DNA from: Phallusia mammillata
Lineage: Eukaryota
Assembly (NCBI GenBank): GCA_965637545.1
Contig: OZ281495.1
Span: 12,710,001-12,774,000 of the forward strand
Direction of reading: 5' to 3'
DNA: 64,000 nt
Part shown: positions 15,001 to 30,000 of the stretch, in pieces
Numbering within the stretch: position 1 is the first letter of the stretch
How the letters are laid out: each line of letters starts with the position of its first letter
Translations under genes and position numbers: made by a program
The notes under the pieces: generated by a model
The model's input: only the letters and a program-made list of their open reading frames with translations
Databases searched by the model: none
Told to the model about the DNA's origin: nothing

Positions 15001-18000
15001 AACTGCATGAACCAAGCGCTGCATTTACATCCAGGTGTACAACAACAACGCTCTTAACATCTGTACAGAAGCTTGGTCTCTCAATCCTACTCGGTACTTC
15101 GCATAACACACTTCTCAACTCAAATCCATGCAAGTGCATGTACATCTTGGTGTTTCCTGTTTACGAGTGGCCTTACTAAAGACGCTCCCGTTGACACTTG
15201 TAATTACGAGTTTGCTGTCCTCTGTCAATTAACGGCTAAATGTGTAATTACAGCAATCTCAAGCATCACGTCATTTTGATATGTCCCGTTTTGTCCTATC
15301 ACGTTGATGGACGTTGTGACAGACTACGTATATTTTAAGGGATTCGACAGAAAACTGCCCGTTTTATGGCACGAAGATAATTAATACAATTACAAAGTTT
15401 AACATTATATCATAAGTGTAAAAAATATCCAATCAGCAGCCAAGATATGAAATTCATCGAGATGTGAAAACCTTTAGAACAAAATGCACTAAAACGTCAT
15501 CAGACTTATAACTTAAAGACTTATTTTGCCATACGTTAGAGAAATAAATCCTTATTAGCGTAATAGTTGTTAATGCACTACTTAAATCTAACAACGAAAG
15601 TTAGACCTGCAACCTTAATCTGAATCATACAACTACAAAACAAAACGCAATGCAGTTATGTCGTTCACAAAACTAAACCACATCTTACAAGCATGCCATC
15701 GCATATTACTACTGCAGTGATTAACCGCAAGTATAGCACCCACAGCCACGTTACTACCTTATGTGGCCTATTTCAGCGCATCTTAAAACAGCCTGAGGAG
15801 GTGCCGGGCCCGTCTTAACCGCTAGCGAGGTGTGACAGGGATTATTTATCGGTGTCTGCATTCTCCTGTCGCTTGTATATCCTTCAGACGGGCCATCAGG
15901 TGAAAGTTGATATTCTTGCTAAATTGCGGCTATAAATTCCGGCCTTGTGGTATATTATTGACCGCGCACGAAACCCGTCAATTTTACCGTGAAGAGTTGC
16001 ATTTGGTTGCAAGACGTTCATTACTCCAATAAAGCTAAGTGATTTGTCAAATTTAAACTGAACCGTCACTTTTTTAAAAGCATTGAGTTTTATCTGTTTT
16101 TCTTGTTTAAAAAGCACAGAATCCTGCCGTTTGCAAAATGCTTTCATTTTACGTTAGCTTTCTACAAGTGTTAAAATCGGACTACAAGATCTTAGCTATT
16201 GCGCAGTATAGTTTTCTGTTTACATCCAAAATATCCGCATCAAAACACTTGACACCTGGCACAGACCAAAAAAATCACGTAACTTTTGTAAAGACACAAC
16301 AAGGGTATGTGCCAAGTTTCTAAAAGAACATAGAACACGGAAAACACACACAAATCTTATTCCTGATGCTAAGCTACAGTCAAAAACAATATGTTTAGTA
16401 ACTAATGTAAAAGAGTTGTTAAGCTTTCACATTAGGTTAACAGCGTTCAAGTTACTTGTTAAAACCATACATACACCAGTATGCGATATAAAAACTGATT
16501 CGCCTTCTAACACTTGCACCCTACGTGCGCTCGCCCTAATGGTCCCAATTACGAAAATACCGATGCGACTATTATGACGTCGCAAACGAAGCGTTTATGA
16601 CACGGAAAGTGACCAATCACAGACACCAGTTTGTCTCTCTGATGAAGGGTAAACAAAACTTGTGATAGCAAAGCTTGGTGATTCATTCTCAATATACAGG
16701 GTAGTAATGATTTATATCAGCATGTATTGGGCTTTCACTGACCACAATACGTGATTGACACGTGACAACTAAACCAAGTGCGTCACAGGATCGGATCATG
16801 ACGTCAGAAAAACATGCGGCAAAAGTTTGTACAGTCAAGTACATACAAAACGGTTTCCTATGCAGTTTTAAAATACAGCATGCTTTATGTTATATCCAAT
16901 GAAGATATGTTACTGCACTATATAAAACTATGCATTAATAATGCACTTGCATGCAATTGCAGCATTTTCTGCAAACCTACGGACATGCGTCATTGGCGTC
17001 ACAACTACGCTGGTGTTACAGCCAGATTTCATTGCGTTTCGTTAGAAACAATGATAGAAATGTCACTGGTTCTGAATTACACACAGTGCGTCAACCAAAG
17101 CTTGCGTCGAACGTGTGTAACATCCACAAAAAACAATACTTTACTAAAAGCTCTCTAAAATGTACTTTAATATGATGACTCAAATTTCCTTCAATTGCAA
17201 ACGAAATTCAGAATCGAAATCAGTACTGAATAGACCTGACTAATCGTAATCACGACATCACGTTTCTCAACGAGCTGACGCGGTTGCAATCCTTGCAACT
17301 GCATGTAAAGTGTAAACATCGACTTTCGACTAACCGGGCATAAACACTGATCAGGCAACCGGCATGTCCAACAGCACAACACCTCCAGCAGTCACAAACA
17401 AAAAATAACGCCAGGTCAGCTGCTGAAACTGCAACGATCAATCAAACATGCACCGGGGGCGAAAATCGCGCTACAGCGTGCCTTAGTTGTCTCGAAAGGT
17501 CGGCGTTTTGATGCGGCAGCGCGTCATAATTCAGCCGGTCTGAAAGGGGCGGGTTGGTGGTTAACCCAGGACGTTGGTGCCGCGGCGGTGGATAAGCTTC
17601 AAAGGCGGATAGGCAACGGGTGTTGGGCGCTGGCAACGCAATTTAAACGCACCGTTTCCCTACAATAACATCTCCTGGCATTGTTAAATTCGCCTGCTGT
17701 TTTTATGCGCATTCACAACGGAAGGTCCATTGTTAAAGTTTAAAAGTGTTTAACGTCTAGAATGAACGTTGCCACTTGCAGCATAAGAATCATGCAAAAC
17801 TATTTGCAACCATATATGCATGTTCTTTTGCAGTTGCACCCATTCTGTATTTTTTTCGTAGAAACCGGTAGAACCACATCAACGGCAATAATCACCTATG
17901 CCACGCTACACCACATTACCAGTCGTATAGAAAGGCCTAACTTTACACAAACACACACTTAAAGTTGGCATTTTTATACGATAACACGTTGAATATCAGA

Positions 18001-21000
18001 CATGTTTGTGTTTTACCTCCGCACGTTGTGTTTCTCTAAGGCCGCAGCACACCTTGAAGCCTTTTGGTGGGCGTTAAGCGTAACTGTACGAAGGGTGTCG
18101 CACGCACGAAATCGTGTGAAACGGGCGCCGGGAAAGCGTGTTATGGTAGCTTCACGCCTGATGTACGGCTCTGTGATGGAGTCGGAAGGATGAAAGTCGG
18201 CTAAATCAGCGGAAGAATCCATGCAGGGATTGACACTAGTGGTGTTAGTTTCGCATGGAAAATCGAAAATCGACGGGAGATTGGGTTGTAAGGACTTACA
18301 GGCTCTGTATGCTTGTGCATTAAACGTTTGTCTTTATTTTAGCGCAAAGTGACAAAATGGAAAACTGTGGTGTGTCTTTCATTATAAACAATAGAAAGGA
18401 TGGGAAGAAACTACAAGAAAGTCCTATAACGTACCTTGTGTTACGCAAGTTCTTAATCAGCAAATTCAAAATGTACAACGCCACAAGAACCTCACACACA
18501 TTATTAAGCTACTAGTGAAACAATATACAAAACCCTAAAAACTGAGATGCGACACTTCCCCTAACATAACGTACATTACGTCAGCATACAGCAAAACCGT
18601 GCAGCAGTCATAACCAAACATCCTTCATACACAGGAAGCCATGTACAGACATTACATCATACAAAGTAAACTTCGCAATCACACCGTGCAAATTTTTAGC
18701 CTAACCTGCAGACCTTGTTGCACACATAGGAAAGTGACATGGGCATTGTGCTTTGTTTCGTAAACTCAAATTCGTATGACTGACAACGTACCAGGGGGAA
18801 ACAAGTACTTGAACTTAGTGGTCGATGGTTGTTGTTTGAGCGTTGGCGACCTTCAAGAGGTGGATGGATTACGTAATGGAGTTTGCCTGGATCGTGGTTA
18901 ACACTCGAGGCTAGGGATTAATATCACCCGAAGAGTGATGGGTATTAGGACGAGTTTGTGATTGGTAGCTGAAGTATCTTAACCACAAAGGCTTTGTGTA
19001 GATTTAAGAGGCTTTGGTGTGATTTATGATTTTTCAAGTAATAAAATGCATTTGGACTTGATAGCTGCAAACCAGTTTTGCTTATAATGGTATTACACCC
19101 ATACAAAATACATCTGCCGTCGTAAGACATTTCAGGGACGTTTTTAAGGACGCTGCAGCATGGAAAATGCGTTTTTTTGTGAACATCAATAATTTCGAAA
19201 ATTGACAAAACACTAGTATTGAGCAAAAAAGGATTGATTACTAGCATGCGCAGAAGACCCAAACGGGAAGCTACACTCCATTGCACATGCCATGTGGGGT
19301 CACCGTAATCGTTTACAAGCCAGTGAACTGGTCAAGACGTTATTTGTATCCCAATTGCCTGCGTATGGCCGTAAGTGCATGAAACGCGTTCGGGGCGTAT
19401 ATAAATTCGTGTTAATTGTGTTACGCTTGACTTTAGACATTTTCACGTGGGTTATGATGCACACTCCAAAGTCACCTTCGGTGTTCCGTCAATCGCAAGA
19501 AAGCGCTGAGGCCCGTTGAGTACGGTTTCTAGTGATTCCGTGAATACAAGGCTAATTGCCACATCCAGTTCCCAAAAAACTTCGATAATTGCTACGACCG
19601 CACGAGCCTGGCAAAAACACTTATATGGTTTGAAAGACTGACCAGACTTAAAGATTTTGGTATGCACCTACGCACAGGCAAAAAATGAACTAAATGCGAA
19701 ATGGTTTTATCATTTTATATTACGACTGTTACAGATAACATACATGGTTCAAATGCCAAACAGGCGTTACCAGACTGCGTGGGTGAAGCTCCCAATCAGC
19801 AAACAAGCACTCCTGGCATATTGCAAAGGCCAAGCGTGCTGGAAAAGAGGTCTTGCTCAAATAACACAGCACACAGTCGCAAATGCGAAAGCCGGTCGAC
19901 CGCGTCTAGTCAGGAAACGAGTTTCGTAGTCGAGGCAATATTTGGGCGCAGCCGATTCAGCACAAATTGCCCGCAAATCATCGCCGAAGCTATAAGTCGC
20001 AGAATACGCCCATTGAAATTCAGCCCAAGGCGGAATAACGTCGCTAGCGTAAATCGATGGTACATGTAACAACACACAAGGCGCGTGCTACGTGGAATGC
20101 CACCTCGCTGTCGAATGACATTTGTTTGTAAACCTCCAAGCGCGATGGCGCCACCTTACAGAAATTTAATTGCACTTACTGATTTTCTTCTTATTCGGTC
20201 TGGGTAGGGTCATAGCATTGCGCCCGTCCCACGTATCGAAAACATCTTCGGCTTCGCGGCTTAAATCGCAATCATCGACGCTTCTAGTGGTTGCCTCCTC
20301 TTCCGAAGACGCACATAAAAGCTCAGATTCAGCGGCAAAAAGATCGCGAGCACGCCGCCGCTGGCGCGGGGATAGGGTGGCATTGATTCGGCGAAAGACG
20401 TTTGGCGAGGACCGATCTTTCGTCAATGGAGTTTTGGGCGGTCGAACTGGACTTGGAGGCATCATAGACGTTGATTTACGCGACGCGTTGCTAGGGTTAC
20501 GAGAGAGGTTTTGGATTCTTTCCTCACTTAACTCGCTACCCGTGCTTAACTCATCATAATCACCCGAGTCCCCATTACCCGAAGTGACAGAGTTACGGTT
20601 ACTCGAACCGCTGTCACAACGGATCTCAATGTACTCGTTATCGTTCGGAAAAATTCCAACCAGAGATGCCGGTGTTTCGCAGCTGTTCGACTCTATAATA
20701 TCATCTGGCTGTTGAAAAGTTGAAGTACTCAAAGCTGCTCTCCGACCCTTCTTGGATCGACCAAGTGTGCTGATATAGCCGAACTTTCGTGGAGTTTTGG
20801 GGGAAGATTCCTTTGACGATCCGCGCAAAGGGGGTGGTGGGTTACGACGCCAACTCCATGTATGGTAACCGCTTTTGGTCTTTGGCAACTTGTACTCTGG
20901 CAAATCATATTCAGTGCTCAGGTCGAAGTCGCTTTTTGATGAGTTGCTTCTCGGCTTTTTGCCTTTCAGGTAATCCACAAGTCCAGTGTTGGAGCGTGCG

Positions 21001-24000
21001 CGCTGATCTTCGCACTCATAATCTTCCGACTTTCGTTGCTGGAAGACTTGAAGAAGTCCGGTGAGTCCCGTCTTTTTCCTAACACTAAGATTGATGTCGG
21101 AAAGACCGTTTAGATTTGAACTTGACCGATTTCGGCTAGTGTGAGTCATAATACTCTTTACTCCACCAGTTCTTGCCGCTGATTTTACCTTTCTGGATGC
21201 TTCGCATGGGCACAGTGATAACAAATGTTAGCAGTATCAGTATTTAGATGGTTACGATACTTACAAATCTATACGAAGAGTCTGATGAGAACAATAAATG
21301 TCGTAATAAATATCTGTCAAACATTCTTCAAATGCCCTGAACAACATACTGTCCTACTGTTTTGCAAACTAATCTAAAACTTCAAAAACACAAACAGGTT
21401 TGTTCTGCAATAAAGTTCTTCGTAGCCATACCAAATATTAATATCTTAGCCAAATTCAGCCAAAGGGCCTAACCATTTGCTACGCCCAAACAAACATATG
21501 ACTCATATTACGAAATAATCTTGCATCACACACGATTACAAAGATTAATGTTAAAAAAGTGATGCTAGCAGAAAACGTAGCAACCAAATGTTCCGATAAT
21601 TAACATACTGTCTTGCGTAGGCAAATTAACAAATAGGGTCAAAACGATGTTACAAACACCAAAAACGAGCACGTTGCTATTGCGTCACAATGCTCGTAGT
21701 ACGTCAGGAGAAAGCAACCACATTGCAATGGATAAGCCTGTAACCGGACGTAATGCACAAAATCAAGTCGTTGCCATCAAAACAGGGTCAAAGACTGGTA
21801 CTTAGAGAACAATTTCTTGCCATTCAATACCTCCAAGACCGTATTGGCAACCGTTCTGCACCAACAAATTGGCAACTGTTTTGCACCAACAAATATTTGT
21901 AACTTACATACTAGCTTACAAACCTCAAGTTTTTTTAACCTCACTTACATTTGCAGATTTTCAAAAACAGAAAAATATAACCTCCACACACTTTTAAATT
22001 TTAAAAATGTTTAAGATGTCAACAGTTACTATCCAACCAGAAGTACTCGATCGGCACGAACGACAACATGTGCGCCCCAAGCCTTCCAGTCGCAATGCCT
22101 AGCTGTTAAGGCCATAATTCCAATTCCGCAGACGAATAAATCACAAGGCTTAAAGTCGTCAACCTGACAATTACGCCGCGTTTATCATACATATATAACC
22201 CTTCCTGTCGCACTTGCGCCAACCCAGCGTTTTACCTGCCTTACGTTTACGCACACTTAAACAACCAATGGCAACAGCAAGCCGGTTGCTGTGTCTCAGT
22301 CGGACAGAGGACTGTATATGCAGAACTGCGGCAAAACGACAACTTTCCGCACGCCCGGGGCGGCTTAGAGAAGACCAAGTGAAGCCGAGCGGTCGACGAG
22401 CGACGTTGATTAGAGAGAGTCGGAACCTGTTTGACCATAAACAAACATACCTTTCAAGTGCGCTTTGTCTCACGTAGGGCTGCACGACGGACCCCCCGCA
22501 CGTGTGGCATATGCCACGTGACTGCACAAATACCTCAGACAGATTAAAGCAAGTTTTCGAACGAGCTTCGTGCAGAAGAGCATAGCGTTTTTCGAACTTT
22601 GCTTCTTATTGTAAACAAAATACGCACACTTAAAAGTTAGTCCAAATTCAGCTTTGAACACTGATTTCCATTGCTAAATTTTAAGACTGAATTCATCCAG
22701 TAAAATGCACGCACTCTAATACATGCCCGAATCGACAGGCGAAAAAGTCCCGTTGACTGCAAATCGACAGCGTAAGTCACAAGTCCAATTTTTAGGTCTC
22801 GAACGTTTTGGTGACGGCCAATCAATGCGATTTGTAATGGCTGCTGAACCGGAAACCCGATTAGCAAAGCAACAAATCGAATAAAGTGACAGGTGCTAAC
22901 ATGCTAGAAATTAAAACAAAAAAATCGGCTAGCTTGTGAAATAAAAACGCCTTGTTTGTTTGCATGGAGCTAGAAAAGTATAGATTTGTGACGCCACCAA
23001 AGCAAAAAAATTACACTTACATCTCAAGCATACTTTACATTTTATTTGCAATAATTTCAGGAACAAATATATCCCTGGTTTAGTTATTGGGAGCAATTAT
23101 TCAAAATACCTCCGAATGAACTGAGCTACGTGGCCGCAACACAAACACCATGCGTTTTACGTGATCCTCAAAACAAATCGGTTTACACAGAAAACAGTTT
23201 TGTATGCGTAGAACTGACGCCAGCTCTTGCGCAAAATAACGAGTCCTGACCTCTGGTTGAAGTCTGTACGACACGATAAGACTTGTGTTCTACATCAACT
23301 TAAAGTGAGCTTCCCACGAGTCTATAGCTCGATAACTAATACACCAGGGAAGGGGCAGAACGACAAAAAACAAACACAACCCAAAAGTTTTGTTGACTGC
23401 CCTAAAGCTGTTTCGTGTTGCGTACATTGCAGTGAATTGTCATTCCTTTGGGAAGGTTGACCTTTTCCAGGACAAACGTACCTACGTAAAGCACATATCT
23501 ATCAAGCGCAACTTTAAAACGCCCTCATCAAGGCAAAAAAAAAACTTCAGAATCATTAGATCCGGTGTGAGGATTTCAAACTTAATTGGTTGACTGTCTG
23601 CCCAAATCTCGGTCAAAATCTCGCTTCAAACTACAGCAAAAACTTAATTGGATATGAAACCATGGCTACACAACAGTGAATTGTGCCGTGTATACTAAAT
23701 TTATACAAAAGCACTGTGGCGGCACTTTTCACTAATTGACACACAAAAGAATCAGTTCTAATTCCAATTCATCCATTAAGCGTGGCTTTCCAATCAAACT
23801 AATCATTCTGTTTACTACAATTTTACCACTATTAGCAGAACTTGTAGGATCGAGTACTATACCAACGTCTGATTTCAGGAACACCTGCCAAAGAGCGATT
23901 ACAAGGCGTCGTTGACTTAAACGGATTATTCAACGCGTCACTGGCTTGTACGGATTGAGGAGAAGAGACTTGGAGAATACTGTACTGGGAATGCTGACAA

Positions 24001-27000
24001 GTTAAGAGTTGTGATTTTTGTTGTGGATACGAAATGACAATGGACGCTCGCCGTTATATCACCAATAACAGGAACTTCATATGCCTAAACTGCTTGGAGT
24101 ACAAAGTACCATATAAGAGTGATAAGTTAGAAGTAAGCCAGGCAAATCATACAATTCTATGTTAGAAAAAAATAAAAACTATTGAATAGAATAGAAAAAA
24201 ATATCCCCACAGTTAATTGTCCCCAAATATCCAAAACTTTATTCCTTCTGAAACACAAACTAAGATAAGTTTCCACGCCTAAAGAAACAAGTTTGGCGGC
24301 GGCATTACAGTTACTCTTGCTTAAGTACGCTTTAAATCTAGATTCTGTCGGCGCTTATATTTCCACAACCGTTCATAGCATATCCACATCCGGGACAACA
24401 AGCACGTTGAGAAACGTGCATATTTCCAAATCACAATCTTTTGAAGCATTGCTACCCCAACTGGGTAATACATTGCCAAAGCAGACTAACCGAACTAAGT
24501 TTAAACGTCCCTAACAATTATTGCATGTTAAGACACTGCAATATCTTTATTTGTAAAGTTTATTAAGAACCGACCACCTTCTCAAGGAAACGTAGCTGAC
24601 ACCAACAGTACAAGTAAAAACGTATATGATCAATGTAGAATCGTCTCAGTGCTAGCTATGAACGCAACTTGACGGAAAGCGCGGCGGCAATAACAACATA
24701 AGATTGAAAGGATGGTCTTTGGTAAACACCGGTGGACGATCCTTCACCTTTTAATCGACCAAGCTCTTTCGCCTTGGGACAGTTTCGCGGTAATCCAGCA
24801 GTTATGGTAAACGTATGAAGACAGGTTGGTAGCACGCACGTCGGCAAATGGACCATTGGCGTATATACCATGGCATTTCATTGTAAAACCAGTGCAAGTG
24901 TATTCAAATACGTGTAAATTTCGAGTTTAAAAGTTTTATTGTGTTGTAACTGTTAAAACGAGTTTTTTTTCAAAAAATATAACAAACGCATAAAACAGAG
25001 GTATGTAGTGGCGCTTGCGTTTTTTCTTTTTAATACTTTTCAAAACAAAATATTTCATGATAACAAATACTTTTTTAACCTGCTGCAACTTTCTTTCAAT
25101 CCAAAGTTTTAAGCACCTGCTGTCAAAACCAGCTTTTCACCACAATATACACAAAGGGTTGTTCTCAACCGCCCGCTGTTAAACATAAACATAGACACGC
25201 GTCCAAGTTCTACAACACTCAACAGTAACCACGCTCGCTTCATCTCTTACAAACACTGCGCAAATACTAGTAGTTCATAAACCGGTTTTACTTATCAACC
25301 AACCTTGAACAGTCTCTGACGAACGTTAAGCACCCAGTCAGTTATGTCAACACGGTACAGCGGCCAGCTACGACAGCTTATAGACTCTTAAACCCAGAGG
25401 CGTACTTAAGGCGAAAAACAATGGCCAAGGCGGCGCTTCGAAGCGAAACGACCCACCCTTGCGACGATAATATTCTGTTTCACGCCCTGGGTGGAGCACA
25501 CCGGCTCTATAATTGTTCGAAATAGTCCTTAACTGGATCGTAGTTCATATCAATGCGGTCGGTTAAAGGTGTACGCCCGAATTTGTCCTAAAACTTGACA
25601 CTTCAAATAGGTTTAAATTCGAGCATTGAGTGATTAACTACACCAATTCTAAAAACTAAAGTAACTGCTATAAGCCGCAAAACAACTTTCTCCTTTTTCA
25701 AAATGGCATTATCGAAGATTATACAAAATATCTGGCTGGCAACACGAATCTGACTTTTTTGACCAAATACAAAACCTTCATATCAATCCCAGGTGGTTTC
25801 AGGCTATTCTGGTAAAGTTGAGATTACAAAATCAGTTACAACTGTCCCATTAAAAAGTGAATTGGAAACTACAAGCTGTATAACGGAATACAGCTATCTA
25901 TAAGCTCTTGTTGCGTCGAAATATGACAATCACGTTTGGGCAGAAAACCAAACATCAGTAACGTATGACGTAGAACGCATGCGGATGAAATCACCAAAAC
26001 AATAATAACACTGCTTTCTAATGAAGGATTACGCACCAGTACTATAGTCTAACGTATGCTGCAAAACATGAAACGTTAAATGCCATTCGCCTTAATGCTG
26101 CATAGGTATATGGCTACGTGACACACCTAGAGGGTCATTTAAATTGTTCGTGTCAAAATAAAGGTGATTTTCCTGATTGCAAATTTCGGTAATTTGCATG
26201 TCGTGCTGACCGCGTAAACTCGTTCCCTACTAACGTGCTCTGCATTGTTCAGACCCTACAAAAGCTAGACTTTAAAATGAACATTTCTAGAACACTAATA
26301 ATAGCACAAACTCAATTCCGTCCACCTTTTTGCTCATTTATAATCTAAACGCAGCAAAGGGCGCCCCCAGGGTGGCGCACGAAGCCTCTACCACGGAAAG
26401 TGGATAATTAAAGTCGCGGCATTAATCCTTGGGGGCGATAATTACTGCCAAAACTCGTCTGCTTTGACTACTCTGACAGTTGCTGAGGCCAGATGCAAGC
26501 ATCGAGCAGGCCGTACAGCAGTCTGTCGCCGTTTTCTGAGTTCGTCTAGGCAACTGCAACAATCCAGGACGGAAGCAATTGGACTTTGCGTATTGCGAAT
26601 GCGAATGCGATGTGAATTTATTTGTGCTGTTGCTGTTGGTGGCAATGGAAGAAGGCAAAAGGTTGTGTTAGGGGTCAAGGTCGATTTGAGACCAGGACGT
26701 TTAAATCCAATGTGAGAATTTATAACGCGTGTTTCGTTTATTGCGCAGTAGCCGCGTCTTACAATGTTTTGTATATAGTTGATAAATTTGACAAATGTGT
26801 TTTAAATCTAAAACTTTCAATAGGTTTCTAACGAAATGAGCTAAATTGAAACGGCTCCAACAAAATTTTGCATCGTGCAAACTTTCGATACAACACCAAT
26901 TAAAACCACACTGATGCAGTTTACATTGTATGAAAACATTTATCGCATCGAAACTTTCTGTAAGAATTATCCTAATGATTATAGGAAACATTCCAACAAG

Positions 27001-30000
27001 CGAACATTAAACCAACACAACCATTAAGAAGAAAGCTAATAACTTAATATAATCTCTTTCATACACAAAAAAACTTCGGACGGTGCAACTAAAACATGAA
27101 TTGATGCGATCTCATCAATCTTATACGGCCAGTTCATTGCATTCCAAAACAAAACGACTTTACACGACAATACAATGCAGACCAATTATTGATCTTTAGG
27201 CAACAAAAACTGGTCAGTTAAGCTAGTTGCTCAGACCCAACCGTTCCTATACAACGCAGTGGTCACTAACATTAGCTCATCTCCAGTCAGCCTGTAGGAA
27301 ACATAACATATTTTCCCAGTAGACCCTAGTCGTTCCTCATAGGACATACCCTACATGTATACACTGCTTTGAAGTCGACAAGTAGGATGACAGCAACAAG
27401 ACTACTAGTTACTACTGAAACTAAGAATTGTAAGGGACCTCTGGCGCTCCAGAAGTACCCTGTAATTATTTGGTCGATTATTGGTGAGAAATGGCCACGG
27501 AAATTCACTAGCAATTCATGGGTAATTGCAAGTATCAGCAGGATGCCACTGGGACGAAGTTGCAATTTTTGAAAAAAATTGGTCCAAAAATTAATTGTAA
27601 TCTGAATTCGGCAAATGTTTATGATTGCATACATACTTTCCTACCAGACAAATCCTTTTTAAACTTGGTACATGACTTATTTGAAATACCTGCGCTTCAC
27701 CTATTTCAACAACACGGAGCATGAAATTTGTTTTGATTTTCAAGACTATAACTCACCAAAATCGTTTTCAAGGAAACTCAAGTGCATACAAACTTGGTTT
27801 ACCCGAAACACTCACATTCTATAATCAACACGACTAATTTTACCCAAAATGCGCATAAACTAACTAGCTTTCAAAACAGTTAATCATCATTTTATGTCAG
27901 AATATAGCTATAACTCAAAAACCAGTTCCAGAAGTGTCTCGAAGTATCTGACGAATCGGTGCATCTGAACCCATCTGTTCGCCTCAGGGTCGTCTATTAC
28001 GACTGGCACAACGGCTGCTCGAGGCGAGCGCGTAGGCTTATCTTGTAATTGCACAGAAAACCGCATTGAGAGATCAGTAGGGTGCGTTCAGCTAGCATGA
28101 CCTTTACTGGTGCTCTGCAGTCGCCGCGTAGCACACCGTGTGAAAGAGGTGAACGCCACGAAATAATTACATATTACACACTGCCCTACCATGCAATATT
28201 TTTTATGATCGACACTGGTAAGGTATAAAGGCTTTTAGGTGTGCCCTTAAGTTAAAACTAGGCTTCAAAATAATTTTTGTGAAGTAAAGTTCGGTGAACA
28301 ACTCTATTGCATTCAAAATATCCCAGGAAACTCAACTTAAAATCTGCTCTAAACGCTACATACTGCTTTAACTTGATACAAATGCGTTGAGTTAAGCCGT
28401 TGTTTATTGCCATTATTATCTGAACCTATGTTAAATTTGCCATAAAGCTCGTTGAAAGAACGCTTCAGGCGTTTCGCAAACCAAGGAATTAGCACCAATG
28501 ACGCGCAAAATTGTTGTTATTTGAATCATAACGACTGCTGGCATTAACACATAAACGCGGATTATTTATTGGCTTCGAAGACTTGTAAGCAGTAAACTCA
28601 CTGTCCACATCACAAAACCAGATTGTTAAACATTTGCTGATACAATTTTAAACTGTATAACTTGCTTTCAGCAAGCTTTATCGTTTTTAACGGATTTTTA
28701 TTGTATTTCCTCACTACTAAGCAATTCCATATTTCTTACATTGAAAATAGATCGGCGCCTTGTTTGCACGGGACGCAAATATCGTAACATACGACGACAA
28801 ACGCGTCCCCCGTGCGTCAAACGCGTGGTTTCCGGGTGTAGCTTTTGAAACAAAACAAAAAAATAACTGTTTTTAGAAATAAATGCTGATCAAATTGTCG
28901 ATTGCGCATCAATGAAGCTTCCTGACTCGGTACGTGAGAGAACCGCGTCATAGTGGGCAGGTTTTTTGCCGACCATATACATTTTCTTGCGATAATTTCT
29001 CACGTTTAGACCACTAATTCCTGATGTTGGGTGCACGCTAATCTCAAACTACCCTCCACCGTTATTGCTCTTATATGATAGAAACGTTATTGTACTAATT
29101 ACTGTTGGAAACGCCTGTTTCACTTGAACTGTTTTACATCTACATAAAAACATAGCTTGTTTGCATGTAAAAATTGAGATCAAAAAGCTCCTGTTCTAAT
29201 TGGGGCTCGGTACGTAAAAAGTCAAAACCACCAACCTGGCAAAGCAATAAAAATACGCCCTGAAACGGTTTGGATAGATCAATTACAAAACGAACAACCT
29301 TTTTATCTATTTAAATAACTTCGGTTTACAAGAATATAGCTCAGTAATAAACTGTACACATACAATACATTATTTACTAAACAATTATTTCAACCCCATT
29401 CTAAAAATTTGACGTTCTTTACGACAAATACATGCAGGTACAACTGACATAATCAAAACTTACATAATCAAATTCTGTAGAATTGACAAAACATACAGGA
29501 GCAGACTGTTAACAGCAAGAGTTAAAACATTGAGAGTGCCATTTAGAAAACATTCTATTGTGAAGTTTCGACAGTCTTATGTTTCGGAATTTCACATGAC
29601 GTAAGACATTTTATATAAGGATCAGAATGCTGATTGACTGTTGGCGCTTTTTCGAAGCCTTGTTATTTTTTGTCATTGATAATAAAAACGTGAGTTGAAT
29701 GAATGGCAGACCTAGTGGTGACAGGCGCTACGCTGTGTTCTATAGTGAAGTTCCTCGAATCGCGGTTAGAATTGCATTGGAAGTGGAAATGGAATTAAAG
29801 TGACCCTAGGAAAGACTGTCAAAACCCAAAGCGGTAGCCAGGTTCAATGTTTGGCAATAACACGCGTTTATTTAAAAGCTGTTTATCAAATGACTTTACG
29901 TCGGTAAGTAACAACCAGTTTTATTATTCTATAAGCGAAGCAAACAATATGAATCAACTTGAATGATGTCCCTCATTTCTGCATCTCTTAATGCAAACCA

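Noticed and set aside
17446-17460. AACATGCACCGGGG shared with the Penelope relic at ~46891
   Set aside because: 14-bp match only, flanks unrelated
20170-21064. Plus-strand ORFs of 129 and 91 aa
   Set aside because: Antisense shadows of the large RhoGEF exon
21282-21310. CTGATGAG...GTCGTAA as a hammerhead ribozyme
   Set aside because: GAAA core absent and stem II does not pair
22235-22325. Possible phase 1-1 cassette exon LHIQSSVRLRHSNRL...RKRKA
   Set aside because: Splice sites are plausible, but there is no homology or other evidence; chance occurrence is likely in 20 kb of intron
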